Notes under the pieces: model-generated
Database searches by the model: none
The model's input: only the letters and a program-made list of their open reading frames with translations
What the model was told of the DNA's origin: nothing
In this document: one piece after another, positions 15,232-26,369 of the stretch
How the letters are laid out: every line of letters starts with the position of its first letter
Position numbering within the stretch: the first letter of the stretch is position 1
Program-made: the position numbers and the translations under genes
Source: Dimargaris cristalligena
Taxonomy: Eukaryota
NCBI GenBank assembly: GCA_003614675.1
Contig: ML002312.1
Location: 1 to 43,292 of the forward strand
Direction: 5' to 3'
DNA length: 43,292 nt

Positions 15232-16062
15232 ATGTCCAATCTCCACAAGAGCCACCTTCCTCCATTTTCCGTGGTTGCCCCCTCGTCCTCTCCCCCTCCC
15301 ATGTCCTCGGCCGCTCCTCAAATGGACCCCCGCCAGTTTTCGCTGCCTATTCCCTCTGGCACTCACCACACCTGGCCCGACCATCACCACCCCCCGCCGC
15401 CCTCCAACCCCCGCCTGTCAACCACCTCTCCTCCCGTCTACTACCATTCCCTTCCCCAGGCCCACCCCTCCCATACTCACCACCACTACTCAAAGCCCCA
15501 GAACCCAGGCTCCCCCGCCGAAGCCCCCCCTTCCGCCCACTACTCTCCCTACAGCCCCCAGCCCACCCGTCCTACCCTGCCCTCACCCTCCAACGCCAGT
15601 GCGCCTGGTCGTACCTATTTCCCCTACCCTCGCTCCTCCCCCCGTACGCGCGAGTCCCGGAGCCCTATTGAGCCCCACCCCTCCATCCCTGCCGCGGCCC
15701 CTTCGGTCCCCGTCTTGGGCGACTCTTCAGGACACTCTATCCAAGCCGCACTGGCCTCTTCCCAGACTAAGGAGGCCACCCGCCGTGTCCGCAACGCCGA
15801 GGCATCGGCCCGGTGCCGTCAGAAGAAGCGCCAGAAGGAGCGCGAAGACACTGAACGGTTCCACGACATTGGCCTCCAAATCGAGCGACTGTGGTCCAAG
15901 ATAACGCTGTACGAAGCCCCCTCCTCCGAGGAGGCCATTGCTATGCTTCTCCACAACAAATTGACTGCCGACGAAATTATGCCCAAGCTAGTGGCCAAGG
16001 TGGACCAGCTACTGGATGAAAACAAAAAACTCCGCAAGCAACTGCAGGACTCTTCTTCCTAG
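15232..16062 (+). CDS. bZIP transcription factor with Pro/His/Ser-rich N-terminus (276 aa)
   Basis: Basic region RRVRNAEASARCRQKKRQKE (N-x7-R signature) followed by heptad helices. Intronless ORF with ACCATG context. Confidence 0.85.
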   Translation: MSNLHKSHLPPFSVVAPSSSPPPMSSAAPQMDPRQFSLPIPSGTHHTWPDHHHPPPPSNPRLSTTSPPVYYHSLPQAHPSHTHHHYSKPQNPGSPAEAPPSAHYSPYSPQPTRPTLPSPSNASAPGRTYFPYPRSSPRTRESRSPIEPHPSIPAAAPSVPVLGDSSGHSIQAALASSQTKEATRRVRNAEASARCRQKKRQKEREDTERFHDIGLQIERLWSKITLYEAPSSEEAIAMLLHNKLTADEIMPKLVAKVDQLLDENKKLRKQLQDSSS

Positions 16063-17281
16063 CTTTGCCCTCATCTCCACCGTGTTACCCGCGCCTCCCC
16101 CTCTAATTATGCATTGCTTTGATCCGTCTGTCGCCCACTCCCCTTTCCGGCCTTTCAACGCCGGTTCGCTCGATGTGCTATCTCACACACGCCCCCCCCA
16201 TTGATTGTTTTTATTACTTTTGGTTATCATTCTCCGCCCAAAATACTCTCCCTTTTTAAGCCCACCCCATGTTTAGTATCTGTGGACGGTCCATCTATTA
16301 TTTAACCTGCTTCATTTCCCTGTAAATTACCCCGTGTCTGCCTCTTTTGTTTGGCCCTCATTATTAGAATTCCCCAACTTCAGTAAAGCAAACGTATTTT
16401 AACTACCTAATAGTATGTATGGGCAGAGTGGTGGGTGTGGCTAAGAAGGAAGGAGACTCAGCCCTGGGTTAATGGGCGTTCCCTCCCCCCAATAATGCAT
16501 CTCCCCCTTACTCTCTAACGGTGGGTGCAGACAGGCTAGAGTATATAGTCCGCCCAGTATAATGATATAGGGAAGGCAAGAGCTATCATCCAATCACATG
16601 GTCGAAATCCATCAGGGTAGATCAGCGCGACACGATGGAAATCTGTGTTGCAATGGGGTACCATCTGGCCTAAGACTGGGCCATGCCGTACCCCGCCCTA
16701 ACTCATCAATTTCGCAAGCTTAGCCCGTGGAAAAGGGAAAAAGTGGCGGGGCTCTCACGCCCACCCCCATCTATTCCCCCGAAAATAGCCCGCTCTCTAA
16801 CCCTCTGGCGACCCGAGAAAATGGGAGAGGTTCAGCTTAATACTGTACAAGGTTTTGCATAGTTTTCACCACTTTGGGCCCATGTCCTACATTGGTAATG
16901 GGGAATATAGCTGACCTAACCGTATTCGACAATCCCTCTACATCTACAGCGACCCCGCTTACTAAGACCAAGCACGGGGTGGGAAATTGGCGAGCCCTGT
17001 AACACGAACCCTTCAACCCTAGGATCTAATGATGTTAAATGTGGTTGAGGTTGAGAGAGGGACGAGGAATTCGTGTGTCACGTTTGGAAACACCAACCCC
17101 CCTCCCTCTCGTGTCTAGAGATTGCCCTTAGTGCTTGCGGTTGGCGACCTATGGTATTGTAACCGTAAAGGCCGAGTAGGGCCGTGTAACTATAAAGAAA
17201 TAATGGGAGTACCGAATTGGGCAGGTTGGAAGTAAAAAACAAGATCGAAGTAATTGAAGGTAATAATTATTTATTTAGAAG

Positions 17282-17604
17282 ACAAAGAGCTATAGTCGGT
17301 CACCCGGGCGGGGTATTATTAGTCCTCTGAGAAGAGGTATTGTTCTTGTGCCGTTGGGGTAGGGACGTCCTCCTCCAGTGGGGGGGATAGGTAGTTCATG
17401 CCGTTGTCCGACAGGTCTCCATCACTCAGATGGGGAGTACTATGGAAAGGATCGACCTCCTCCCTCTGAGTGGTGACGGTCGCCCTTGGTTGCAGTATCT
17501 CCCAATCCACCCACCATTTACCCCAACAAGGGACGATGTTCCCTTCCTATATTCACCACGGCAACCCCCTCACGGTGACTAGTGCGGCTCGACCCAGCCC
17601 TCTG
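17282..17604 (-). ncRNA. Candidate structured non-coding RNA of about 320 nt, family unidentified
   Basis: On the minus strand the 5' and 3' ends pair (GCAGAGGGCUGGGUCG / CGACUAUAGCUCUUUGU) and nested helices follow: GUCACC/GGUGAC, GGGGU/ACCCC, UGCCG/CGGCA, UUGGGGUA/UACCCCAA, GUGGG..GGAU/AUCC..CCCAC, CACUCAGA/UCUGAGUG, GGGAG/CUCCC. Upstream TATATATATAAAA; downstream AATAAA and a T-run. Confidence 0.6.
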
Positions 17605-17641
17605 CTCCTCCGGTTGATGGCGGGATAGTTGAGGGCCCCTC

Positions 17642-17659
17642 TTTTTTTATATATATATA
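17642..17659 (-). promoter_or_regulatory. TATA box upstream of the candidate ncRNA
   Basis: Minus strand TATATATATATAAAAAAA about 35-40 nt before the first paired nucleotide. Confidence 0.5.
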
Positions 17660-18482
17660 CTTCCATTACAACTATGCCGTTTCCATTTGACCCTAGCTAT
17701 ATCCCCCTCACTTACTCGGCCGATATCACTATAACCCAAAACAATGGGAATACATGAAGATCCCAGGCCGAGTCCGGGTCTTTTCCTAGTCCCATATATC
17801 CACAGGCGAATTGGCAAGTCCCAACCACTGGCTCATACCTATAATAGCCCATGTGGCCACAGGGGAGCTGGTGGATCGGACCCCCCTTTCCTACCGGCCA
17901 GTGCCAGACTCTGTCCTACATAGACCTAAGCTAGTCCCGGTAATATAGTCCATGCAATAAAACTAGTGCGTATGGGGGCTTAACCATTCTCGAATTTCAA
18001 TTATATTCGGCAACGTACGTCGAAGAATATGCCATTAGGGAGGAAGCCCCCCCCCCCTAGTGTGCCATGAATCCCAGCCGGCCATCCCATCATCACAATT
18101 GGGTGCATCCCTTCTCCCTTCCCTCCGCCACAGCCCTCAGTAAATCGGAGGCTAATGCCTGCCCTTGCTGCTCATTTAAATGAAACGCAAAATCCTCTAT
18201 TTATTTAACAAAGGGGGGAGGGAGATCAATCTACACGGCAATGTAAAAGTTAAACAAGATGGGGGGATTTACTTCACATGGAGCTCTCGCCCGATTAAAT
18301 ACGGCGGTTGGATAGCGTTTCACGATATCATGTTAAACGCCCCATTTTCAAGCACGTAAATCCAGGCCAACAATCGGTTTGGGGTGGCCGTCTTCCCCCA
18401 AGGGGTTGATGCTCCCACATGGGCTTGACGAAATGGTTGCGTCGGATGGAGACAAACGGCGCATCTCTGCTTTATCTCGTTT

Positions 18483-18692
18483 CTAGACAATGGGGGGATT
18501 CTTGCCGCTCTCGTGATTATTCGAGAATGTGGCTGCCTCCCCACTTGCTGCCGTTCCCTTGATAATGTCGATCTTACGCTGCCGTTCCCGTTGGCCGATA
18601 CCAATGGCGTGGCGAGTGACGAGAGTCACCACTATGGCCATGGTAAAGGCCGCCATAGGCGTCGTAAGATGTTTCATTGTAAAGCGACCCAT
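18483..18692 (-). CDS. 69-aa single-pass membrane microprotein, probably mitochondrial, unknown function
   Basis: ACCATGG start context. MGRFTMKHLTTPMAAFTMAIVVTLVTRHAI has a basic N-terminus, a hydrophobic helix and a basic segment. From memory it resembles small conserved fungal hypothetical proteins with a P.AAFTMA motif (not verified). Confidence 0.65.
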   Translation of the reverse strand: MGRFTMKHLTTPMAAFTMAIVVTLVTRHAIGIGQRERQRKIDIIKGTAASGEAATFSNNHESGKNPPIV

Positions 18693-19689
18693 GGTGTAGT
18701 TGAGACTAGCGGTGGCCTACGGAAAACCGAGACAAACTGCGTCGCCCCAAGCGAATAGGCGGGGGAGAAGAAGTAGGGAGGGATCTTTGGGAAAGGAAGG
18801 TTGGATTAGCCAAGGCGGATGACCCTGGAAAGGGCGCTACTTACAGTCACTGGAACGCGCCCCGCGAATGGTGAAGCACGGTTCGAACAACTGGTGCTGC
18901 TAATGGTGTGGTAGGCGAATCGAAAGAGGCCTAGACTAAAAAAATATGTAACGAGTAAAATAAAAGAGCTGGTTATTATTGGTATTGCTTGGGGCTAATG
19001 GCAGCCCCATTCCTCTCCCCCTCCTTGCATTAAGCTAACCCCGTTGAGGGAATTGGCCGAGGCCACTTGTAAATGAATGGCAGGCGCAGCCCATTGTAGT
19101 TACTGTTGCATCTCGTTGGCCAATCTACGTACATAACATGGGCACCTCATGAGGCCCAGTATAGGCTATTTTATTATCTATACCCCCCCCTCGTAATAGC
19201 CACAGCCGCTATGGAGTACGTTATCATAACCAATAATTCTCAATGATCCCACATTAAAGAGGCTGGCTTGCGGTCATTTATTATAGATAGCCGCGATGCC
19301 CCCCTCTCTATCTCTCCTTCCGCATAAACATTTAATTCATTGCAATAAAACCACCCCCGCCGCAAGACACCCCCCCGCCCAACAGGTCTATTTAGTCATT
19401 CAAATTGGTTAATTGCCTAAACCGGGGAGCAAGCTGCCCCAGTCAAACGAATAATCAAGTAAGGGGATCCCCCCCAATTTTACTATTTCGAACTGCACTA
19501 TTATTCATTAATATAGGATCACGCATAGTCTAGTTTCATTCAGAATTATACCAGTGTTGTTGCATTTTACTCCACTCCAGTAGGCATACTATCCATTGAA
19601 GAAGAGGTACAGTTTATTTTTTTTGGTCAAACAGTAACAGCAACCCGACTGCAAGATTGAATAAGTGGTTGGACAAACGGGCCGAGAGT

Positions 19690-20082
19690 CTAGTAGAAGT
19701 AGCCGAGGATCTTGCCACCAGCGTGCTTGCGACGGGCCTCAGTGTGGTCCATGATACCAGCAGAGGTGGTCAGCACAATGTAGCCAATGTGACGGGCAGG
19801 CAGAAGCTGGTTGATCCACTTCTCCAGCTGGTCAATCTGGATGGCGAAACGGGGAGAGATAACACCGCACTTGTTGAGGCGACCGTTGAGCTGGATGACA
19901 AGCTTGCCGGAACGGTGGTCATCGATTTCCTCGAACTCACCAATGTAGCCGTGCTTCTGCATCACCGACAGGAACTTGATGATGACCTTGGAGCTGGGGC
20001 GGACCATAACCTGGCGCTTGCCGCGGCGTTCGGCGTTGGTGATGCTCTTGAGGCAATCGCTGAGGACGGAAACGCGGACCAT
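19690..20082 (-). CDS. RPS22: 40S ribosomal protein uS8 (S22/S15a), 130 aa
   Basis: [60 protein letters not shown]...[27 protein letters not shown]. Confidence 0.98.
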   Translation of the reverse strand: MVRVSVLSDCLKSITNAERRGKRQVMVRPSSKVIIKFLSVMQKHGYIGEFEEIDDHRSGKLVIQLNGRLNKCGVISPRFAIQIDQLEKWINQLLPARHIGYIVLTTSAGIMDHTEARRKHAGGKILGYFY

Positions 20083-20109
20083 ATTGATAGTTAGGTGGTA
20101 GCGGGTTGG

Positions 20110-20530
20110 CTATCCGGGGCGAATGTAACGGGCGGGGAATGGGTAAAGGGGGGGAGGACAACAAAACGAACCGATTAGTAAAAACAACTGGGATAGCCAG
20201 GATTGAGTGTCGCCATCCGCACGGTTCACCTGCCGCCTAGACCAGTCATCTAAGCGGGGAGAGCTACTTCTGCGGCTGCGATTCAATCAGCCATGGGGGA
20301 GCTCATCTGGGAAAGACGGTGGATTCTCCCAGACCAACTCCCAACCACCCCCGACATAGAGTGTTGTCCCCGGAGGGTCAATTCTACGAGGGGCCCATCC
20401 GGACGAGCGGGATAACGACGTTCGCAACTTGTCGGAAGCTTAAACCGAAAGCCAGTTGGGGGCTACTAATGAGCATGCCGTTGGACGGATACATAGATGG
20501 ATGGATGGATGGATGGGTAAACTGGCTTAC
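20110..20530 (-). other. 5'-UTR intron of RPS22 (about 420 nt) with several stable hairpins
   Basis: Minus-strand donor G|GTAAGC at 20530, branch point TACTAAT at 20180-20174, pyrimidine tract and TAG acceptor at 20112-20110, 27 nt before the ATG. The upstream non-coding exon begins in a CCCCCTCTTTT tract. Confidence 0.75.
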
Positions 20531-21982
20531 CAAGGGGTGTGGGTACGACCGACGGATATTCGCCTAGTGAGGGATGGTTGGAGTAAAAGAGGGGGAATCT
20601 CAGCGTTGGTAGTGCCAATAGTTAACTTATACAAGCCTAGCTTTCTCAGTACCCGCCTATCGCCAATTTTTTTATGCCAGCAAAGGGTATATAGTATAGT
20701 GCTAACTAAAGTTCGACTATAGGACTTCCCATTCATCTCACACACCCAAGGAGGCATTGGTGCCGATGATGACCAGGGCGAAAACTACACCCTCATCAAT
20801 TCCTCCTTGGCATCGACAACCGCCGCGCTTAGCATCACGTGATATAGTCCCGTCCCCTTCCACTTCTGAACCCTGACGCTAAATAGCTCAGTAAGTCACC
20901 AATTAATGGTATGTACCCTTGGATTTCGATTACTGGGTGGGTGTGATAGGTGGAAGCTCGGGCAGCCCTTCTGGTAATCAGTCCCTTGCGAAAATAAATC
21001 CTACTCCGGACAGGGTTAACCAGCGGATTCCAAGTGTTCGAATACCCCTAAGAAATACCACCACCATACATACCCACAGGTAACTAGTCCCTTTGGCCGG
21101 GCGGATATTCGATGCTGCCGCTTCCCAGTTCATCAGTCGAACCATACAAACTGACCTAGGTCCACGAGACTGGTGAATGTCGCTTGGTTACAATATCACC
21201 TCCCCCTAGTAAGGCATGATAGTCCTTTGGGTAGGATACCCCGTATTGGCACCATTGGAAGGTCTAGTCCAACACCTCCCAATTGATAAAGTAAATGGCG
21301 GGCTGGTGGGTGGAACTGGCGTCTTTACGTTGGTACCCCTCTCTCTTGTTCACCAGTGGTGAACTCGCGTACCCAACCCTCCAGACTCACCCAATGTTAG
21401 CCAAAAGATTCGGAAACGGAACGCAAACCTTCCACGGAAAAGAATTCGGCCAATACTTTATACAAGTTCCCTCCGTAACTTAGGCTTCTTTGTCGGAGGC
21501 CCCAGTGTTTACTTTGTATTTGGAAGCCCCTGGACCACCGGTCCATTTTGTATGGCCAGCCAATTGGTCCCCTTCTCCTCCCCAACTGCAAGTCACCCCG
21601 TATCCTCGTATCCCAGATGTTGGAGTATAGCCCACCTGTTAATGGGTAGCCACCGAGCTGTTTATTCCATTGATCCGGCATTATGATTCCACGCCTCGGC
21701 AGGATTATGCCAACGGGGTGGTTGATTGTTCGTGTCCCCCACCCATTCGCCACTTTTAATGCACACCGGCTAGCCAAAGTCTTCGTTAGCGCAAACTATT
21801 TTATACGCTCTAATGTCCACCCCCCTTCTTATTCAAACATTTTTATCGCTGTCCTATAAAATCGGCACCGTCGCAGACCTTCGGGAGGAGTCCCAATTAA
21901 TCTGATCACAGCATTTTCAGTATTTCTTACCGGTTGCCTCGCATTTAACACCCACCCCCCTACCACTAGCTTCTCGCCGAAA

Positions 21983-22510
21983 ATGTCTGCCACAAGTCCT
22001 ACCTTCATACTGGTCCTCCTCCTGACCGGTACGCTGAAAGCCGCAAAGACATTAGGCTACACGGAACTATATCTCACTTGCTCCCCCGACCACCGTACGA
22101 TTATCGACATGGTGGGCGAGCAAGGTCAAGTTCAAATTATACCCGAGACCGAGATGGCCAAACCCGAACCCGATCGCCTGCTCCGAGATCCAATTCTAGC
22201 GTGCCTCCGGTGGCTTGCCTACTTATTGGAGGAAGAGCTGATTGAAGGGTCCCGCAATCAGGCCAAAGCCAAGCCTACCGTACTGGACCGCCTTAAGAAG
22301 TCTGCGCCGGATTGGGACGCGCTGCGTCGCTTCTACGTCAAGGATCAGGCCGTTTTACATTTTGTCCAAACAGAGGCTTGGTTGAAGACCTCCCTGGCCG
22401 AGAAATTGAAGTCAACCCCGAGTCCTCTGAATATGAATCCCATGTTGGATCATATCAACCGGTTTGCGTTGCACATGGCGCATCGGGCCACGCAGGCGCA
22501 AGGCCCCTAG
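21983..22510 (+). CDS. Small secreted protein of unknown function (175 aa)
   Basis: N-terminal signal-peptide-like MSATSPTFILVLLLTGTLKAA, protein-like helical composition, AAAATG context and TATAAAA at about 21855. No recognisable domain. Confidence 0.7.
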   Translation: MSATSPTFILVLLLTGTLKAAKTLGYTELYLTCSPDHRTIIDMVGEQGQVQIIPETEMAKPEPDRLLRDPILACLRWLAYLLEEELIEGSRNQAKAKPTVLDRLKKSAPDWDALRRFYVKDQAVLHFVQTEAWLKTSLAEKLKSTPSPLNMNPMLDHINRFALHMAHRATQAQGP

Positions 22511-25500
22511 GTTCCCGGCCTCAAGCGAGAACTCACGTTGGATTGATATGGTTATTCCGGGGTACCCCTTGGTATCATCTTTTCTAGCCCGGGAAGGGTC
22601 GTGACGGCTGTTACAAGTCTAATAGTCAGCGCCGCAGACCTTACTTACCGAATGGTCATAATTCCGCTGTGATCTACGGAAACCGAAGTATTCCTCTATA
22701 TTCCTCCAGGACTTTTACTGGCCTATAGCCATGGTGTTTAAATCGCATGGCCACTCTTCCCAATATGTATGTTTTATTTAACTACCGAGTGAACGACATC
22801 CATCTCGCTTGAGATTCCCCTTCCCTAGCATTGGGGCCGCCCATCATTTTACTATAGTATAGGATGTTTTGTCAGCAATATCCCAATAAAAATTGGGCCA
22901 TGATTTTTATAAAGTCCGTGCACTATCATTTCCAGGAATCCCCCTACTTGTCGATCCACCCAATGTCCGCTTCTGCCCCCCTGTCACGTCTATTGAGCCA
23001 AACCTCCGGATTCTTCGGTTCTTGTATATTCTTTGGCGGCCCATCCCGGTTTTATTTTCCGTAGCCCCTTCCCCTCCCCTTACTCGTCCTTTTTACTCTA
23101 GTTCGACAATCCCGACTTTGCCGTGTATATAAGCCCAGGCAGTTTAGTGGTTGCCTGGGGTATTTTTCCCTGGCCTAATTTCAACCACTCCTTTTATGGA
23201 TCGTTGGCCTAAATTGAATAAGTACACACAGGTTTCCCTATGCGATTCACCCCAAATCCTTAGCTGCAGTCTTTTATTTTACAATTGCCGCCTATTCTAG
23301 TGGGTAAATAGATCGATAGGTATCCCTTCTATTCTTGAAAAGCAGAATTGCGCGTATTTCTTCGCTGGCCCAAGGGTCTTATTTTAGTTTAATTATGAAA
23401 TCCCTCTCACGACCAATCACTATTAGTTCTCCATCCATTCAGTAACTGTAAGAATGATCGTCCAACCCAGGTTGGGATAGTTAAGCCGACCTCACAGAAC
23501 AAAACCAATTCCACATTGTGCTGGATGGGGTCTCGCAATTACACTTCTATTGGCACTCACGGTCCCCGTCCCCTTCCCCGCGTTTAGTATTAGTATTTAT
23601 GAACTACATTCCAGTCAGGAAATTCCCATCTGCACTAGTTAACATGATCTAATTGTTACGCCTCTGGTGTTTACGGAACTAACAATCCCTCACTTTGGTT
23701 TGGGACAAAATACGACCAGATTACGCTGGATTCTTAACTGATCCCCAGGTTCAAGGGAGCGGGGAAATGGCGGAAACCTCTTAAAGTAATGAAATTGGGC
23801 AATCCATGCGAGGCAAAGTGTTTTGACCAAGATCGACGAGCATATGGATGGGAAATACGTTAGGGGGGAGGGCCTTAGCAAGGGAAGCGGATATTATTTT
23901 ATTTTTATATAGATGCTATTAGCCAAATTAGGGATCCTTTCAGTCCCCCTTTGGGCTACCATACCCATCTGACTTAGTTAATAAAACCTATGAACTGGAT
24001 GGACTCAGACATGCCACTAAAATACTAATTGCTATTATGAGCCTATCTGGATTCCCGCCAAGGGGTTTCCTCGACTTGTGGGCTATAGCTACATACGTCA
24101 ATCTTTTCCGTGACCACTGATATTTACCGACTTGTTGACGATTTTCAGCAATTCATTTAAGGCCAGAGACCCTACATACTTCTCATGCTACACCTATGCG
24201 GTGGGTCAATCTTCACAATCTCAATAGTTTCCCAAAGTTCGGTAGAATATCCCCAGCTGCTTTGGTTTGGAATAAGATTCGTTGGCTGATATTTATCATA
24301 AGCCCGGATAAACCATGCACTCTCCGCCCTTGGTGTCGCTTACTAAAGCCCGGAAGTAGTTTGGTTTGGGAATAACGTCATATAACAATCCCGCCACTTA
24401 TCAAGCCCACCCCTAGTTCCATAAGTATAGTAGTTTAGCCTGACTAATATCCCCAATTGTACCGAAATTTAGAGGCGGCTTAATATATATTAAAAGGCCG
24501 TATCTCTTTTGCGTATATATGGTCCCCAAGGGGGGTGTTTGGCAGGTGGGATATGGTAATGGGTAGTCTAATAGTGGGCCGATGTTGCGGATAGCATTTT
24601 CGCCTATCGGTCTGATTGGTACAATAAAATAATCTGACCGCCTCGTTTGCCACTATAGGTAGCCCCCGACGTGACTCCTCTGGGTTCATATGACTAGATA
24701 GGTTCTTTGTTCTCGACCCATGTCGAAAGAGAATACTCATCAATACATCAGTCCAACCTAACCCGATTTCACACACTGTCGGTAAAGTAGTTTATAAAAA
24801 TATCAAGTAGGGGATTGTTGGCATGGGCATTCACATGACATGATCCGCGCCCGGCTTGAGATATAAAAAGCGTATTATTGAAGGATATCGCCTAGTTTGG
24901 TGGCCGGGGAAAATATGGAGCAGGGCCCGGTTATGCGGCTTGGGTACCTTCTACAACTGGTAGAGAAGAAATGGGGCGTGAGTAATGTTACCCTATCCAT
25001 ACGACTAATGGGATAAACGTCATATGGTGCTTTATTTTTTGCACCTATCGCTTGGTTGGGGTTTTTAGGGCTCAGAATACTCAAGTACGGAATAAATAGC
25101 AGAGACGGAGTATTCAAACAGGGTTTTTACGATGAACTGGTCAGTATTTTGAGTTCACTCACTGACTTGTCACTGGGGACCATTGGATAGTTATTTTTTA
25201 TAAAAATTAACCCGTTTCCTCAGTAAATCCTAGCTCGACTTAGACATTTGGAGGTCGGCCTACCCATGTTTCATCACTAGTTTATTTGTTGATGTTAACA
25301 CTGCCCTTTCCCTGAGCTACTGTTGTGTGAACGGTGCAATAGTGATTCATTGTCCCTCTTAGTGCTCAATCTCATAGTGGGACCCCTATATTTCTACCAC
25401 GGGACCATCTATCCAACTCCCAACAATCATGAAGCAGTCAGCGATGCAGGTACAGAACTCTAGTCTAACCATGGCTAAAATTTATAGGCACTGTTGTAAT

Positions 25501-26369
25501 TAGGTACCACCCTTCAGAATAATCCAGGACGGATCACCTAGTCAATTCTCCATTGGCCCAGCCCAGCACTATGGGGTCAGCGGGGATCGTTTGATAAAAC
25601 CCAAAGGCAAGCGATAAAATTAATGGGGGGAGGATTCTCTAGGTTTTACGGTGGAGACATGCCCTGCCGTTAGGCCTGTTGGCCCCAGTAGCGGGGTTTA
25701 GAACAATTTCCAAGCCAAACGAGGTTTCTTCTGACGCCGACCCCAGTCCGCCCTTTTAATGATGGAATCAGCAATTAGCTATTTCTCAGATTTTCCCGAC
25801 TTAGTGTATTTTCAGCCGTTCCAACGGCGGACGCCAGGAATATGGTCAATTACAACCATATATGGTACTTGGGATGCATGGCGTGCTCAATTGAGTAACT
25901 CGTAGAATGCCGACACTAGATAGGCCGGTTAAGCTTGCACATTTTCGAAGATAAACCGGTGGTAATAATCCCCAGACAGGGTTGTATTTCCTACCTATCA
26001 TCCTTTGTTACTAAGGGTAGGGAGATAGCCAGTAAATCAGAATTGGCCGCTTTTGACTCGCTCATAACAACTAAACCTAACTTATTAATCGTATGTACAT
26101 CCCGGCTCTGGAGGAGGATGGTACATAGTATTTGGAAAGTGCGGTTGATATTTTTGAGGTCAAAGTTAGACCACGTCTATTACGTAAAGCATTGTTCCAC
26201 TACCCCCTATTTCTACTTAATGGGCCCGACACATCCGGTCCTGACGATTCCGCCCTATCTCCAGGCGGATCCCCTTTGGGATCCCATGATCAATCACTCC
26301 ACGTTTCTAATGCAAAATAGTAAGGGCTCTAACAGTAACTTCAAAGGTCTAGGCAAGCCCGAGCGGGGG

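Noticed and set aside
15275-15904. 209-aa alternative-frame ORF inside the bZIP gene
   Set aside because: Consequence of C-rich low-complexity sequence lacking stops; non-ATG start
17319-17510. 63-aa acidic minus-strand ORF
   Set aside because: GTG start, no plausible upstream ATG exon found, and it lies wholly within the paired RNA structure; kept only as an alternative hypothesis
17282-17604. Assignment of the structured RNA to SRP, RNase P/MRP, U3, snR30/U17 or telomerase RNA
   Set aside because: Diagnostic motifs not found in the required order (for example AACCAA and UUCCAU are in the wrong order for U17 m1/m2, and there is no CCCUAA template)
19657-20094. 145-aa plus-strand ORF
   Set aside because: Antisense shadow of the codon-biased RPS22 CDS
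18860-21060. GTTCGAA motifs (about 18881 and 21036) suggestive of tRNA T-loops
   Set aside because: No cloverleaf stems or A-box could be built around them
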